A stretch of DNA of 61,795 nucleotides, counting the filler. It is 4 parts of 4 records of this genome, joined end to end, with 100 filler letters (N's around TTAATTAATTAA, not from the genome) between each part and the next. Parts side by side here need not be neighbours in the genome. Positions count along the whole stretch, not along the records: positions 47,610 to 61,795 come from DRR723986_10413; 3 more parts are not named here. The stretch is one strand, 5' to 3'. The translations under genes were made by a program, and so were the position numbers. Under the pieces are notes generated by a model. That model saw only the letters and a program-made list of their open reading frames with translations. It was not told where the DNA came from and did no database searches. Shown here piece after piece: positions 48,086 through 59,062 of the stretch. Within the stretch, counting starts at the first letter, position 1. Each line of letters opens with the position of its first letter.

Positions 48086-51000
48086 CTACTGCTTAGTTTT
48101 CGTCGCTGCGTTCTTTAGGTAGCGGATTACGGATGCAAGTTGCTGATCATTCATCAATTCCGCCAAGTTACCGGGCATGAGCGAAGTCTCAGAGTCTTTG
48201 CGATCGACGATCGACTCAGATGCAACACGCCGTTTCCTGCCATCTTGCATCGTCACTTCCACGTCTCCGCTTTCTGTTTCGACGACCAAACCAGTCACAA
48301 CGGAATCGTCATCCAATAGCAGACTCGAAGTACGGAACGCCCGATCCACATTACGGCTCGGCAAGAGGATGTCTTCGGCCAATCGCTCAAAGCTTCGCGC
48401 GGCGGCTCCGTCAAGCTGCGGTCCGATCAATGCACCTTTACCACCAAGTTGATGACAACTGGCGCAGTGGGTCGCGAACATCTCTTGGCCTGCAACTTGA
48501 TCTGTATCGGCACTGGCCAAACGCTCTATTCTCTCGAGCAACGGTTCCGCAGCACGTGGGCTGTCAACCGCTCGCTGACGCGCGAGTCGAATCCGTTTCG
48601 CAGTCGCTTCGCTCAACCCCTTGGGCATGATCTCCGGTAAACCTCGCACGGCATCTTCGGCAATGGCTCCGCTATCCAGCAATTGGGCGAGCATCTCACA
48701 TCCAGCCGCGGACGAAGCAAGGTCTTTAGCAAACAATTGCTGCTGGAATGCAGGCAGGCTCTTGCTGAGTTCGCTGGCAATAGCAAATCCCTGACCTCGC
48801 TGCGATGCGGCATGCGACAAACGGCCTTCAGAATCACTGCTACCAAAGGCTGTCCACTCTAGCAGATCACTTCGATCATTTTTGATGGCACGGTTTGCGA
48901 CCGAGGCCAACGCTTTCCTTCCGCTCGCAATCGCCGCGGCATGGATCAGACGAGCATTGTCGCGAAGGCCCAACCGGATCCCCAGTTCACGAAACCGTTC
49001 TAGCTGTTCGACTGACGAGCTTTGTTGCCTACTCGCGGCGTCACCGCCCATTGTGATGGCGATACAGTTGACCAGAGCATCGAAGGAACCAGTCAACGGC
49101 GACTCGTTCAATTCGCCCACCGAGAATTCTCCGGCAGCAATCCAAGCGTAGGCTCCCGCCGAATCACCGTCGACAATCCTCATCCGGACCTGCCGGCCAA
49201 CTTCGCTCGCTAGGTCCCAATGAAACGGTGCAGCGATGTCACTTCGCCGTGGGGTGGCTCGCCGTATCTCCCTGCCGGTGATCGCATCAATAAGCTGGAT
49301 GAAGTTCTTCCGATGATCGTCCTCGGCGGGAAAGCCGTTGTGGCCTGCCATTCGAAAGGTGAGTCGGTCAGGGCATGCGAACGGGCCGGACGTAATGCTA
49401 CCGGTGTACTGCTCACCCAAAGTGTGGCTGGAACGCAATTCAACAGGCGTTCCATTTGGGCGATTCCGCGATTGAGCTGCCCAGTCTGCTGCAGTCTCGT
49501 TTCTCATGTCTTTGTTCTGCGGCACCCAAGCTATCGGCGCGCCCAACTCGCGCAGCAACTGCTCGCACTTTTCTACTAGATGTTCCAACAGGCTGGCGCG
49601 CGCTTCGCGGAGCGGCTTAAATTGTCGTTCATTTCCGCCAGTGCCTGACAACTTCTCCGCCGCTTGTCGAAGGCGTTGAACGCGCTGCGCGGCTGGCTCA
49701 TCGAGGATCCGGATCGCGTCGACAAGCAATTCCGCCTCCACCCGGTCGGCACGTTCAATGGCAAGATCAAGCGCATCGCCGAGCAGTTCACGGTTCGGGG
49801 TACCATCAGAATCAAAATTTGCAGGCTCCAAAGCAAAGCGTAGCAATCGATTGGCCCCCTCTGCGGTGTCCAGGCCCTTCAAAGCAGCAGCAAAGGCTGT
49901 CGTCCGGGCACTCTTTGCGGTGAGCTGCCGCTGAACTTGATCCAAGATAGGGCTCTGTATCAGCAATTCACGTGTAGCAACCAGGGCAACGTGCCGCGTC
50001 GTGGGATCTTGATCCTGGCAGTACAGATCCATTGTCATCATGCAATCTGTTGCATCGCCAACCCTGCCTAAACAGCCAATCGCCGCAGATCGCAATTGAG
50101 GAACCTGGCTCTTGGCCGCGTGACGAAGCGCCAACAGAATGCTCGAATCTGGCGTATCCCAAAGTTCAACGGCGATCCTTGCTGCGTGCGTAGCCAGAAC
50201 GGCATCACCGTCCTGAATCAACTGGGCGGCACGAGCAACGGTCAACTCCTGGCTGAGCGATAGTGCCTGCAGGGCTGCAATCCGGCTGCCAGTAGGTTGC
50301 TGGATATCTTCCAGGATTGAATCAACTTCTTGAATTGCCTCGGCGGCGCTGTCCGTCTCGCTCTCACGAAGCAAGCGAATGTTCTTGTCTGCATTTCGAG
50401 CCGCGAGAAGACGAGTCGTCTGGTTGCCGCTGCGTAGGTTTTCCCGCCAATCATCGAACGCGATGCCTCCCGGCACCTTTTCTCCCCCAGCCCCCGCATA
50501 GGTAATCCGCCAAATCCTTCCACTCGTCCGGTCACGCCCTGGATGCTCCAGAGGCACTTCGTAGTGGCCAATGATCTTGTTGTAAAAATCTGCAACGTAG
50601 AGTGCACCATCTGGACCTACTTGAATATCAACGGGCCGAAACCAAGGATCATCGCTTGTTAGGAAATCCGGAAGCTCTTCCGCAACTGCTTTCGCTCCGT
50701 TCCAGCGTAATGCATTGCAATTAATGCGACTGGTCATCACATTGCCGCTGTAAAAGATGTTTCGGTATGGCTCTGGAAAGGCCGCCGATCGATAGTAGGC
50801 AAGTCCGCTGATGGCAGTGCTTCCGTGCAAGTGCTGCATCATGTCGGGAGCAAAACCCAGTCCATCATGCGGCCTGCCGAAACTTGGGTAGCAGGCTCCC
50901 TGAATCAATGCAGTCAGCGGTTTGGAATGGCAGTCGGCTGAATACCAATTGCCCCATTCATCCCGCGTAAGCCCGAAAGGATTTACCTGGCCACGAGTGT

Positions 51001-51787
51001 AGTGTTCAATACTGGATCCGTCGGGGCGAAAACGGAATGTATTGCCAGAGTGGAGCTTGACCGAGTGCCCGTCGCTGCCCATCACCTCCGATTGATTGTT
51101 GAAACCGTGGCAAGCGTAAATCCAGCCATCCATGCCCAGTCGCATTGAGTTGATCATTCCATGCGTGTCGCGAGTTGTATCAAAGGGGCCGTAAAGCGTC
51201 TCAACAGCGTCGCATTGGTCATCTCCGTCTGTGTCGCGCAAGTACACGATGTTGGGTATCGAAAAGGCGATTGCGCCATCGTGCATCGGCAAGATGCCCA
51301 TGGCAATGTTCAGCCCAGATGCGAAAGTCGTTGCCTGATCGGCGGCACCATCACCGTCACTGTCGCTCAGAATGACGACACCGTCACGGGCCTTAGCCGG
51401 ATCCGCCGCAGGATAGGGATACTCAACCGTGCTGGTCACCCACAACCGTCCCTTGGGCCCCCAATTCATGTTGAGTGGCTTTTCAATCTCCGGCTCTGAA
51501 GCATACAAATTAGCTTGAAATCCTGGTGGCAAGTGAAAGCCTGCCATTTCATCGGCTGGCGACCGCCACGAGGTCTCGCGTACGCCTTGCCCATAGATCT
51601 CAGGCGCAGTGCTTGGCTCGGCGGCTCCTGCGAATTCAAGCGGCAGGGCAGGTGCCGTTGTGGACGCTGTGGTGGATGGCGACTGTGCCCTCGCGCCCCG
51701 TCCAATCGTTGAAGAAACAAAAGCCAGCAGCGTTGCCAGCAACAAAACGAAAAGACTTGTGCCGCGCAACGGCTGGTTTCTGGACAT
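48086..51787 (-). CDS. PVC-type membrane-bound dehydrogenase-like protein with C-terminal cytochrome c
   Basis: LPPGF...LYASEP, N-terminal propeller (GMDGWIY, NPFG, FRPVD...GPDGALY.ADFY), HEAT-like middle, CASCH..G..GPQL. Confidence 0.9.
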   Translation of the reverse strand: MSRNQPLRGTSLFVLLLATLLAFVSSTIGRGARAQSPSTTASTTAPALPLEFAGAAEPSTAPEIYGQGVRETSWRSPADEMAGFHLPPGFQANLYASEPEIEKPLNMNWGPKGRLWVTSTVEYPYPAADPAKARDGVVILSDSDGDGAADQATTFASGLNIAMGILPMHDGAIAFSIPNIVYLRDTDGDDQCDAVETLYGPFDTTRDTHGMINSMRLGMDGWIYACHGFNNQSEVMGSDGHSVKLHSGNTFRFRPDGSSIEHYTRGQVNPFGLTRDEWGNWYSADCHSKPLTALIQGACYPSFGRPHDGLGFAPDMMQHLHGSTAISGLAYYRSAAFPEPYRNIFYSGNVMTSRINCNALRWNGAKAVAEELPDFLTSDDPWFRPVDIQVGPDGALYVADFYNKIIGHYEVPLEHPGRDRTSGRIWRITYAGAGGEKVPGGIAFDDWRENLRSGNQTTRLLAARNADKNIRLLRESETDSAAEAIQEVDSILEDIQQPTGSRIAALQALSLSQELTVARAAQLIQDGDAVLATHAARIAVELWDTPDSSILLALRHAAKSQVPQLRSAAIGCLGRVGDATDCMMTMDLYCQDQDPTTRHVALVATRELLIQSPILDQVQRQLTAKSARTTAFAAALKGLDTAEGANRLLRFALEPANFDSDGTPNRELLGDALDLAIERADRVEAELLVDAIRILDEPAAQRVQRLRQAAEKLSGTGGNERQFKPLREARASLLEHLVEKCEQLLRELGAPIAWVPQNKDMRNETAADWAAQSRNRPNGTPVELRSSHTLGEQYTGSITSGPFACPDRLTFRMAGHNGFPAEDDHRKNFIQLIDAITGREIRRATPRRSDIAAPFHWDLASEVGRQVRMRIVDGDSAGAYAWIAAGEFSVGELNESPLTGSFDALVNCIAITMGGDAASRQQSSSVEQLERFRELGIRLGLRDNARLIHAAAIASGRKALASVANRAIKNDRSDLLEWTAFGSSDSEGRLSHAASQRGQGFAIASELSKSLPAFQQQLFAKDLASSAAGCEMLAQLLDSGAIAEDAVRGLPEIMPKGLSEATAKRIRLARQRAVDSPRAAEPLLERIERLASADTDQVAGQEMFATHCASCHQLGGKGALIGPQLDGAAARSFERLAEDILLPSRNVDRAFRTSSLLLDDDSVVTGLVVETESGDVEVTMQDGRKRRVASESIVDRKDSETSLMPGNLAELMNDQQLASVIRYLKNAATKTKQ

Positions 51788-51873
51788 GACACGCCAGTGG
51801 GTTAGAGCTTCAGATCGTTTGCCGCAATCAGTTGTTACGAGGGGCAATCTTAGAGGTCAGAATTCCCCAGGAA

Positions 51874-54390
51874 TCAGCGATCTCCGATGGGGCTTCCAGG
51901 CGGAATCTCGGGTCCCCCGCTGCGCCGTGCTGATTCGGCAGGACGATCAAGGTACCGCCTGATTTCGTTGCCCAAGTATCGCAGCACAGCTTGGTTCGAT
52001 CCCCGGTTTCTCTGGAATGCGGTCGACAAGGCTGCCAGACGCTGGCTGGCGATCGCTCTGGCGGCAGCACCCGTTTGGTCAGAACTCGCTAGCTTGATCA
52101 AGCGGTCAACGTACACCTCCAAGGCAACAGACTGGGCAAGCTGCCCGTCGGCGAGAACGACCTGAGTGAGTACTTCTTCAATACGATCAAGAACTTCGTC
52201 CAATCCCCAGTCGGAATATTGTGACTGCGCGAGCCTCGTGGCTCGTTGCGGCTGCAGAATGGCCCCCAGCGTTAGGTCACTTGCCACGCGTATTGCTTCA
52301 GCACGATCAAACAAAGGAGAGGTCTTACCAGTGAAACGCTCCCGATCGTCAGCCGAACTGTAGGCCTTCGGTACAAGCAGACGCAAAGCTGAATCGGGGA
52401 TCGCCAGGAACTCAGGCTGCAGGGTGTCGAGCAGAACGCTAAGTGCTTCTTGTTGCTCCTGTACAGGCGTTGTCATCCATCCTTTCGGTGGTCGAGCGGA
52501 AGCGACTTCATATTCGTACAAAGCACCGCCCAAGACCTTTGCAGCAGCCTCCACTTGATAGCGATGGTGCAAATAGATGGGTGTAAAGGACTGTTCAATG
52601 TTGGAAAGAGCCGTTCCGGGTCGAAGGGCCCCTTCGCCAAAGTTCTGCAGAGCGATTGCTCGGACTTTGGTTGCTTCCTTAAGCCCGTTTATTGGTGTTT
52701 CGCCGTCGTCCCACAGGTTGGCAAGTGGATGCGCTGCGCCGGCAGGGCGAGCGTCTGCGTCGGTGATGTAAAGCAACCCGGCTTTCCGCGCATCAGCAAG
52801 CAGCGTGGCAAGTTGCTCAGATTCTGATGCGTCTTGGTGATCGGGAAACTGCGAATACGCATACTGAACGGCAAACCGATCCCACGAACCAATGCCCACC
52901 CCGTAAGCTTGAGAAAAATCAAGCTGGCCATCTACCACCTCAACTCGCGGAGCCGGGTAGTCCATCACGCTCGCCCGATCATCGTAAGTACTGGCGGCGA
53001 AATTGTGTGCGAACCCAAGCGTGTGGCCAACTTCGTGCGCCGATAGCTGCCGGATCCGCGCCAAGGAGACTTCAACAGAATCAACTCCCGCAGTTTGCGC
53101 CATCGCAACAGCGCTTGCCAGGCCTTCTCCAGTCGCATCACAAACCGCTTGGAACTCGGGACGCCCTCTGGCCACCCGCGACCCGCCGTGATCGAGGCCT
53201 TGGAAGATTCGGTTGTCCTGTCTGACACGCAATGAACCCAGCAAAACGTGCCCCTTGATGATTTCGCCTGTTCGGGGGTCCACAATACTCTGACCGTAGG
53301 ACCACCCTCGCGTCGCGCGATGAACCCACTGGATGACGTTGTAACGCACATCCATTGGATCGATTTCATCGGGAAGCACCCGCACTTGAAACGCGTCTTC
53401 AAACCCTGCCGCTTCGAACGCATCGTTCCACCAAGAAGCGCCTTCAACCAAAGCATCACGAACCGGCTGCGGCACACCCGAATCGACATAGTAGACAATT
53501 GGCTCAACAACGGGACTCGTTTTTGCCGCGGGATTCACCTTCTGCAAACGATGCCGGGTCAGCAACCGCACTTCGTTCGATGCATCGATCGGTGCGCTGT
53601 AGTCGGTGTAGCTGACCTGAAAGGCTCCAGAACGAGGATGCCAGCCCCTGGGTTTATAGCCCGCATCTGGCAGCCGCACGAAGGAGTGATGCTGACGCAA
53701 CGTGATGCTTTTCCCGTCGGCCGCGGTTCGGTTCGCCAAGCTGCCCGGATTGTTGCTGCTGAACGTTAGTGTCGATTCCAACTCGGTGTTGTCTGGGAAA
53801 CTCTTGCATCGATCTAACTCGACAAAACTACGCCCCTTGTCGAGCGAATAGCTACCCTGTCCCGTCGAAGCCAACGTTTGGATGCATCCGTGTGCATCGC
53901 GCACCAGAAAGCTTTCCATGTCGACGACGCTACGTGCATCCGTGGTCGTCTTAATGTCCGCGGCCCAGATTATTGATGGAGCAAACGAATCGCTGACAGC
54001 CCTTTTCTCTGCTTGCCGCGAGGATGATGAACGAAACTTGACGTTTTCCTGCTGCAGATAGATGCGAGAACCAACGCGGCGAAATCGCACCAAGCGACTT
54101 TCACCAAACTGTCCGCGATCGAGCCCAACAGGGTTGGAACCAAGGCCGCTCGCGAGCGAACTTACGTACAGCATCGGCTCGCGGCCAGCCGGTGGGACCA
54201 TCCACAACTTACCAGTCTCAACCGACGCGTAACACTCAACAAATCCATCGATCTTGCGCATCTTCGATAGGTCAATGAGTTCTTCGGCATTCGTTGCGGA
54301 CAGCGGGAGCAACGACGACAACGCAAGCAGACAAGCGATGCTAATTTGGCGGAGGCGAGGCAAGTGAGTGAGCATGGTGAGGGGTAACAT
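51874..54390 (-). CDS. Secreted zinc metalloprotease (DUF5117/DUF4953, EcxA-like metzincin)
   Basis: HEVGHTLGFAHN zinc motif, SVMDY Met-turn, DPRTGEIIKG; signal peptide; start uncertain. Confidence 0.92.
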   Translation of the reverse strand: MLPLTMLTHLPRLRQISIACLLALSSLLPLSATNAEELIDLSKMRKIDGFVECYASVETGKLWMVPPAGREPMLYVSSLASGLGSNPVGLDRGQFGESRLVRFRRVGSRIYLQQENVKFRSSSSRQAEKRAVSDSFAPSIIWAADIKTTTDARSVVDMESFLVRDAHGCIQTLASTGQGSYSLDKGRSFVELDRCKSFPDNTELESTLTFSSNNPGSLANRTAADGKSITLRQHHSFVRLPDAGYKPRGWHPRSGAFQVSYTDYSAPIDASNEVRLLTRHRLQKVNPAAKTSPVVEPIVYYVDSGVPQPVRDALVEGASWWNDAFEAAGFEDAFQVRVLPDEIDPMDVRYNVIQWVHRATRGWSYGQSIVDPRTGEIIKGHVLLGSLRVRQDNRIFQGLDHGGSRVARGRPEFQAVCDATGEGLASAVAMAQTAGVDSVEVSLARIRQLSAHEVGHTLGFAHNFAASTYDDRASVMDYPAPRVEVVDGQLDFSQAYGVGIGSWDRFAVQYAYSQFPDHQDASESEQLATLLADARKAGLLYITDADARPAGAAHPLANLWDDGETPINGLKEATKVRAIALQNFGEGALRPGTALSNIEQSFTPIYLHHRYQVEAAAKVLGGALYEYEVASARPPKGWMTTPVQEQQEALSVLLDTLQPEFLAIPDSALRLLVPKAYSSADDRERFTGKTSPLFDRAEAIRVASDLTLGAILQPQRATRLAQSQYSDWGLDEVLDRIEEVLTQVVLADGQLAQSVALEVYVDRLIKLASSDQTGAAARAIASQRLAALSTAFQRNRGSNQAVLRYLGNEIRRYLDRPAESARRSGGPEIPPGSPIGDR

Positions 54391-54453
54391 TCGTCGCTGT
54401 AGATGATTGAGGTGACTTGTTGCACCGGGTGTCAGTCTAAGATTCACCGAACT

Positions 54454-55551
54454 TTAGCTCGGTCGTATTCGACTCATCGCGTCCGGCGAACTGGCGTACT
54501 GCAGGGCTGTTTCTTCGGTGATACTGCTGTCTTCAACCAGGCGGCGGAGGGATTCGTCAAGGGTGACCATACCTTCGGATCGCCCTGTTGTTATGCCAGT
54601 TTCGATTGTTTCCAGTTTGCCAGAACGTATTCCACTGGCGATCGCATTGCTGCTGAACATGATCTCAAGTGCAAGCTCTCTTTGGTCACGGTAGGCAGAT
54701 TCGAGCAAGTGTTGGCACACGACGCTCTTCAGGCACATCGCCAACTGCGACCGAACCTCACTCTGATGCGACTGCGGAAACAAGTCGGTGAATCGCGAAA
54801 TAGCACCTTTCGCATCCCGCGTGTGCAAAGTAGACAAAACCAAGTGCCCGGTTTCCGCCGCGCTGAGTGCCATCTGAGCAGTGTCGTGGTCACGTATTTC
54901 ACCAACCAGAATCACGTCTGGGTCCTGACGCAGTGCGTTGCGCAGGCCGTCGGCAAAACTCTCAACATCACGGCCTGTTTCCCGCTGCGTCACAACCGAA
55001 GTGCTTTTTCGAGTGTAGCGGTATTCGATCGGATCCTCGATCGTCACAATTCGCTTCCCGCCTTCGCGGTTGATCAGATCAACAATCATGGCCAGCGTTG
55101 TTGTCTTGCCCGACCCCGTCATTCCCGACAGCAGCACCAATCCGTTGCGCAAACTAGCAAGCTGCTGAGCAAGTTGCTCGGGAAACCCCGTCCATTGAAA
55201 TGATGGAATTTCGCTTGGAATCAATCGAAAGCAAGCGCCCATCCCATCGCTGGCCTGAAAGTAATTCGCTCGAAACCTCAGCAGCGTGTCGCCGGAAGAC
55301 AACTCAAGGGCAAAGTCGACGTTGCCGCTTTCCAAGAACTTATCAGCAACACCGCTTACCGGTACAGCGATCAGTTCTTGACGCAGTTGGTCGGCTTCCA
55401 AGACCGTGTCTTCGATAGGCACGATCTTCCCGTGGACTCGCAAGCAGGGCGGGTGACCCACGGCCAGGTGTAAATCCGAAGCTTCCTTTTTGAAAGCACT
55501 TTCTAACCAACTCGCCAGGCGAGCCGGAAACTGGCTGGGTGTCTCAGTCAC
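54454..55551 (-). CDS. pilT: PilT/PilU family ATPase
   Basis: ASDLHL, GMTGSGKTT, TIEDPIE, LRQDPDVILVGEIRD, ETGHLVLSTLH; GTG start at 55551 is a guess. Confidence 0.88.
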   Translation of the reverse strand: MTETPSQFPARLASWLESAFKKEASDLHLAVGHPPCLRVHGKIVPIEDTVLEADQLRQELIAVPVSGVADKFLESGNVDFALELSSGDTLLRFRANYFQASDGMGACFRLIPSEIPSFQWTGFPEQLAQQLASLRNGLVLLSGMTGSGKTTTLAMIVDLINREGGKRIVTIEDPIEYRYTRKSTSVVTQRETGRDVESFADGLRNALRQDPDVILVGEIRDHDTAQMALSAAETGHLVLSTLHTRDAKGAISRFTDLFPQSHQSEVRSQLAMCLKSVVCQHLLESAYRDQRELALEIMFSSNAIASGIRSGKLETIETGITTGRSEGMVTLDESLRRLVEDSSITEETALQYASSPDAMSRIRPS

Positions 55552-55765
55552 TTTGATTCGTACGCTAGGTGGAAGTTCGAAAGTCTTGACGGACTTTTTG
55601 GAGGCAAAGCTAGGGCAGCAGCACGGCTGCGAAATGATTTTCGTCCCAAGTGTGGCCTCTGGTGGGAATCTACAATGTACCGGATATGATTGACGCTCGC
55701 CCGCGGATGGATCAAATCGCTTGGGCACGCTATTGATTAGAGAATTTTAGGAAGAGAACAGTCCA

Positions 55766-56488
55766 ATGGAGATATGGCCAGCAATTGACCTACGCGGAGG
55801 TCGCTGCGTGCGGCTCGAGCAAGGTGACTATAATCGGGAGACCATTTTCGCGGACGATCCAGCCGAAATGGCTCAGCGATGGAAGGATGCGGGCACCAAG
55901 TTCCTCCACCTGGTTGATCTGGATGGGGCCAAGGACGGGAAGCTGATCAATGGACCAGCGATTCGCAAAATCGTCGAATCCACGGGACTGATTTGCCAAG
56001 TTGGCGGTGGCGTTCGTGATGAAGCCGCCATTGAGCGGTTGCTCGACCTGGGACTCAGTCGCGTCATTGTCGGCACTCGCGCGGTTCGCGAACCCGACTG
56101 GTTTGTGGAGATGGCGAACAAGTACGCTGGCAAACTGGTGCTTGGACTCGATGCGCGGGATGGTAAAGTTGCTACGGACGGCTGGCTGGAAACCAGCAGC
56201 CTGCAAGCGGTTGATTTGGCGAAGCAAATTCGGGCACAATCGGAGCACGTGGCGGCAATCGTTTACACCGATATCGCGAAAGACGGCATGCTGAGCGGCC
56301 CCAACTTCCAGCAGATGGCTGGGATGCGTTCCGCGACCGACATTCCGGTTGTGGCAAGCGGTGGCGTGACCACGATGGATGATGTTTTGCGACTAAAGCA
56401 AGAGGGCACTCATGCAGCAATTATCGGAAAGAGCCTCTACGTCGGACGCCTCGACCTGGCTGAAGTGCTGGCGGAGTGTCCGCAGTAG
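55766..56488 (+). CDS. hisA: ProFAR isomerase
   Basis: PAIDL.GG.CVRL.QG, LHLVDLDGA, QVGGG.R, YTDI.KDG.L.G, ASGGV. Confidence 0.97.
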   Translation: MEIWPAIDLRGGRCVRLEQGDYNRETIFADDPAEMAQRWKDAGTKFLHLVDLDGAKDGKLINGPAIRKIVESTGLICQVGGGVRDEAAIERLLDLGLSRVIVGTRAVREPDWFVEMANKYAGKLVLGLDARDGKVATDGWLETSSLQAVDLAKQIRAQSEHVAAIVYTDIAKDGMLSGPNFQQMAGMRSATDIPVVASGGVTTMDDVLRLKQEGTHAAIIGKSLYVGRLDLAEVLAECPQ

Positions 56489-58949
56489 ACACGCCCACCT
56501 TGCCCAGCGGGCTGTCCTCGCGACTATTGTATTCGGTGCACTCTTCTGCTCAGAAACGCAGATCCACGGGCAGGATCGATTCCGGACATTGATGACCGAG
56601 TACTGTTCAGACTGCCACTCTGGATCGGACGCCGAGTCGGGCCTGGACATCGATACGCTCGGTTTCTCACTAGACGACAAAGCAACGTTTGCCCGCTGGG
56701 AACGTATCTACGACCGCATCGCCGCCCGGGAAATGCCTCCGCAAGACTACGAGGCATTGCGGCCAGATGATTTTGACTTTCTCACCAAGACACTGCACCG
56801 CAGTTTGGAACGGGCACATGCGGCGTCGAAGCAAACCGTCCTCCGCCGGCTCAATCGCCAAGAGTACCAAAACACTCTGAATGATCTTTTCGGAACGAAT
56901 CTCCCAATCGCAATCTCGCTTCCCGAAGACGGTCGAAGCCACGAGTTTGACAACGTTGGCTCGGCACTCATGCTGTCCTCTGTTCAACTGGGGCAATACC
57001 TGGAAACGATGCAGGCCGTTTTCGATGCAAGCATCGTTAACTCCACCGGTCAGAGCAAGCCCGAGTTGATTAAGACCGGATACGACCAGACGCGGGAGGC
57101 AGAACGCTTTCTTGGTGATGTTTGGAAGCAGCTTGACGATGGCGCGGTAGCCTTCTTCAAGAGCAGCGGCTATCCGTCGGGAATGTTGCGAACTGCGTGG
57201 GCATCAAAAGCTGGGTACTACAGGATCAAGATTACCGGTTACGCTTACCAAACAACTGAACCAGTAACATTCGCCGTAGGATCGACGACGTTTGCCCGCG
57301 GTGCGGAAAAACCAACCTACTTCTATCACAACTTCCCACCTCTGAAGGCCGATGGAACGGCTCATACGGTCGAGCGAACGGTTTGGATGGACTCGCGTTA
57401 CATGCTCGAGATCACTCCGTGGGGCATCGCCGATGTTGACAACGCCATCAAGAAAAACGGTCTCGACGCCTATCAAGGGCCAGGCCTAGCGATCCAGTCC
57501 GTTGAGATGGAAGGCCCCATCGAACAACTGCCTTTACCCGGGCACCGCTTGCTATTCGACGGCCTAAAGCGAACCGAGATCCTTCCTGCAAATCTGAAAC
57601 AACGAGAAAAATCTTGGTATCGCCCCAAATTTCAACTGGAGGCAACGCAAGAGCAGTTCGAGCATGCCCTGACGAGGATTGCCGCCGCCGCATTCCGCCG
57701 CCCCGCGAAGCAAGTCGATGTTAGCGACTTTGTCAGACTAATGAATTCGCAGCTCAAGCAGGGAGCCACTGCAGAAGAAGCTTACCTAGCGGCCGTCAGC
57801 GCCATTTTTACATCGCCCGAGTTCTTATTTCTCCATGAGTCGCCGGGCAAACTTTCGAACATCGATGTTGTCACGCGACTAGCATACTTCCTTGGCCGAA
57901 GCACGCCATCGAAGGAGCTCGTGCGCGTCGCTGCCACTACAGATCTTTCGGCCCTTGAAGACTTGGAAGACGCGCAACTGGAAACATCGGAACTTGCGAA
58001 ACTGGTCAATTCAATGCTGGATGCTCCAGCGTTTGAAGAACGCTTTATCGTTGACTTTTGCGATGCTTGGCTGAACCTTCGCGATATCGAATTTACGAGT
58101 CCGGACCAAAAACTGTTTCCAGAATTCGACGCATTCTTGCAGTACTCGGCTCTGGCCGAGACGAGGGCGTTTGTGTCCAAGTGCATTCGCGAAAACCTGG
58201 GAATTGAGAACCTTGTGCAAAGCGATTTTGCGATGCTCAACCATCGTTTAGCCAAACACTATGGTCTCCCGGATATCGACGGGCCGCAAATACGCCCGGT
58301 CAAACTTCCAAGCGGAAGCGTACGCGGTGGTCTGCTTTCGCAGGCAAGCGTGCTGAAGGTTTCCGCCAATGGCACCAACACATCCCCGGTTGTACGCGGT
58401 GTTTATGTCCTGGAACGAATCATGGGACAGTATGCACCGCCGCCACCGCCTGGAATACCGGGTGTAGAGCCAGACATTCGTGGCGCTTCGACTTTGCGTG
58501 AGATTCTGGACAAACACCGAAGCATGGATTCGTGCGCGTCCTGCCATCGCATTATCGATCCGCCAGGCTTTGCCCTCGAGAGCTTCGATGCCATTGGGGG
58601 CTGGCGAGACAAATTTCGCAGCTTGGGCGATGGAAAGCGAGTTGATACGCTCGTGAACGGACGAAAAGTTCGCTACCGACTCGGCCAAGATGTCGACGCC
58701 AGCGGCGAACTGCTGGGTTCCGGCAATTTTGATGGCTACGTCGAGTTTCGCAAGCTTCTGGCCACAAGACGACAGGAACTAGCAGAAAGTTTTGTGACAA
58801 AGCTGCTAACGTTTGCCACAGGGCGTGAGATGGGCTTCTCGGACCGCGCGGTGATCAAACAAATTGCTGAGTCGACTAAAGACAGCGGCTATGGCATGCG
58901 TGATCTATTGCTGGCTGCGGTACAAAGCGAAATATTCCTTTCAAAGTAG
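56412..58949 (+). CDS. DUF1592/DUF1588-family protein with cytochrome c-like domains (start uncertain)
   Basis: CSDCH, RRLNRQEY.NT..DL, FDN, SPEFL, RGGLL, TSPVVRG, CASCH..IDP.GFALE.FD. Confidence 0.9.
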   Translation: MQQLSERASTSDASTWLKCWRSVRSRHAHLAQRAVLATIVFGALFCSETQIHGQDRFRTLMTEYCSDCHSGSDAESGLDIDTLGFSLDDKATFARWERIYDRIAAREMPPQDYEALRPDDFDFLTKTLHRSLERAHAASKQTVLRRLNRQEYQNTLNDLFGTNLPIAISLPEDGRSHEFDNVGSALMLSSVQLGQYLETMQAVFDASIVNSTGQSKPELIKTGYDQTREAERFLGDVWKQLDDGAVAFFKSSGYPSGMLRTAWASKAGYYRIKITGYAYQTTEPVTFAVGSTTFARGAEKPTYFYHNFPPLKADGTAHTVERTVWMDSRYMLEITPWGIADVDNAIKKNGLDAYQGPGLAIQSVEMEGPIEQLPLPGHRLLFDGLKRTEILPANLKQREKSWYRPKFQLEATQEQFEHALTRIAAAAFRRPAKQVDVSDFVRLMNSQLKQGATAEEAYLAAVSAIFTSPEFLFLHESPGKLSNIDVVTRLAYFLGRSTPSKELVRVAATTDLSALEDLEDAQLETSELAKLVNSMLDAPAFEERFIVDFCDAWLNLRDIEFTSPDQKLFPEFDAFLQYSALAETRAFVSKCIRENLGIENLVQSDFAMLNHRLAKHYGLPDIDGPQIRPVKLPSGSVRGGLLSQASVLKVSANGTNTSPVVRGVYVLERIMGQYAPPPPPGIPGVEPDIRGASTLREILDKHRSMDSCASCHRIIDPPGFALESFDAIGGWRDKFRSLGDGKRVDTLVNGRKVRYRLGQDVDASGELLGSGNFDGYVEFRKLLATRRQELAESFVTKLLTFATGREMGFSDRAVIKQIAESTKDSGYGMRDLLLAAVQSEIFLSK

Positions 58950-59062
58950 CCTCGTAGGATTGCGATTGCCGCTAGCACCGCGAACTGGATTGAGCCGCCG
59001 TGGCCTATTGGTTACAGATGACCGCAGGCCGATAAAGTAAAATTGTTTACGGAGAATCGAAG

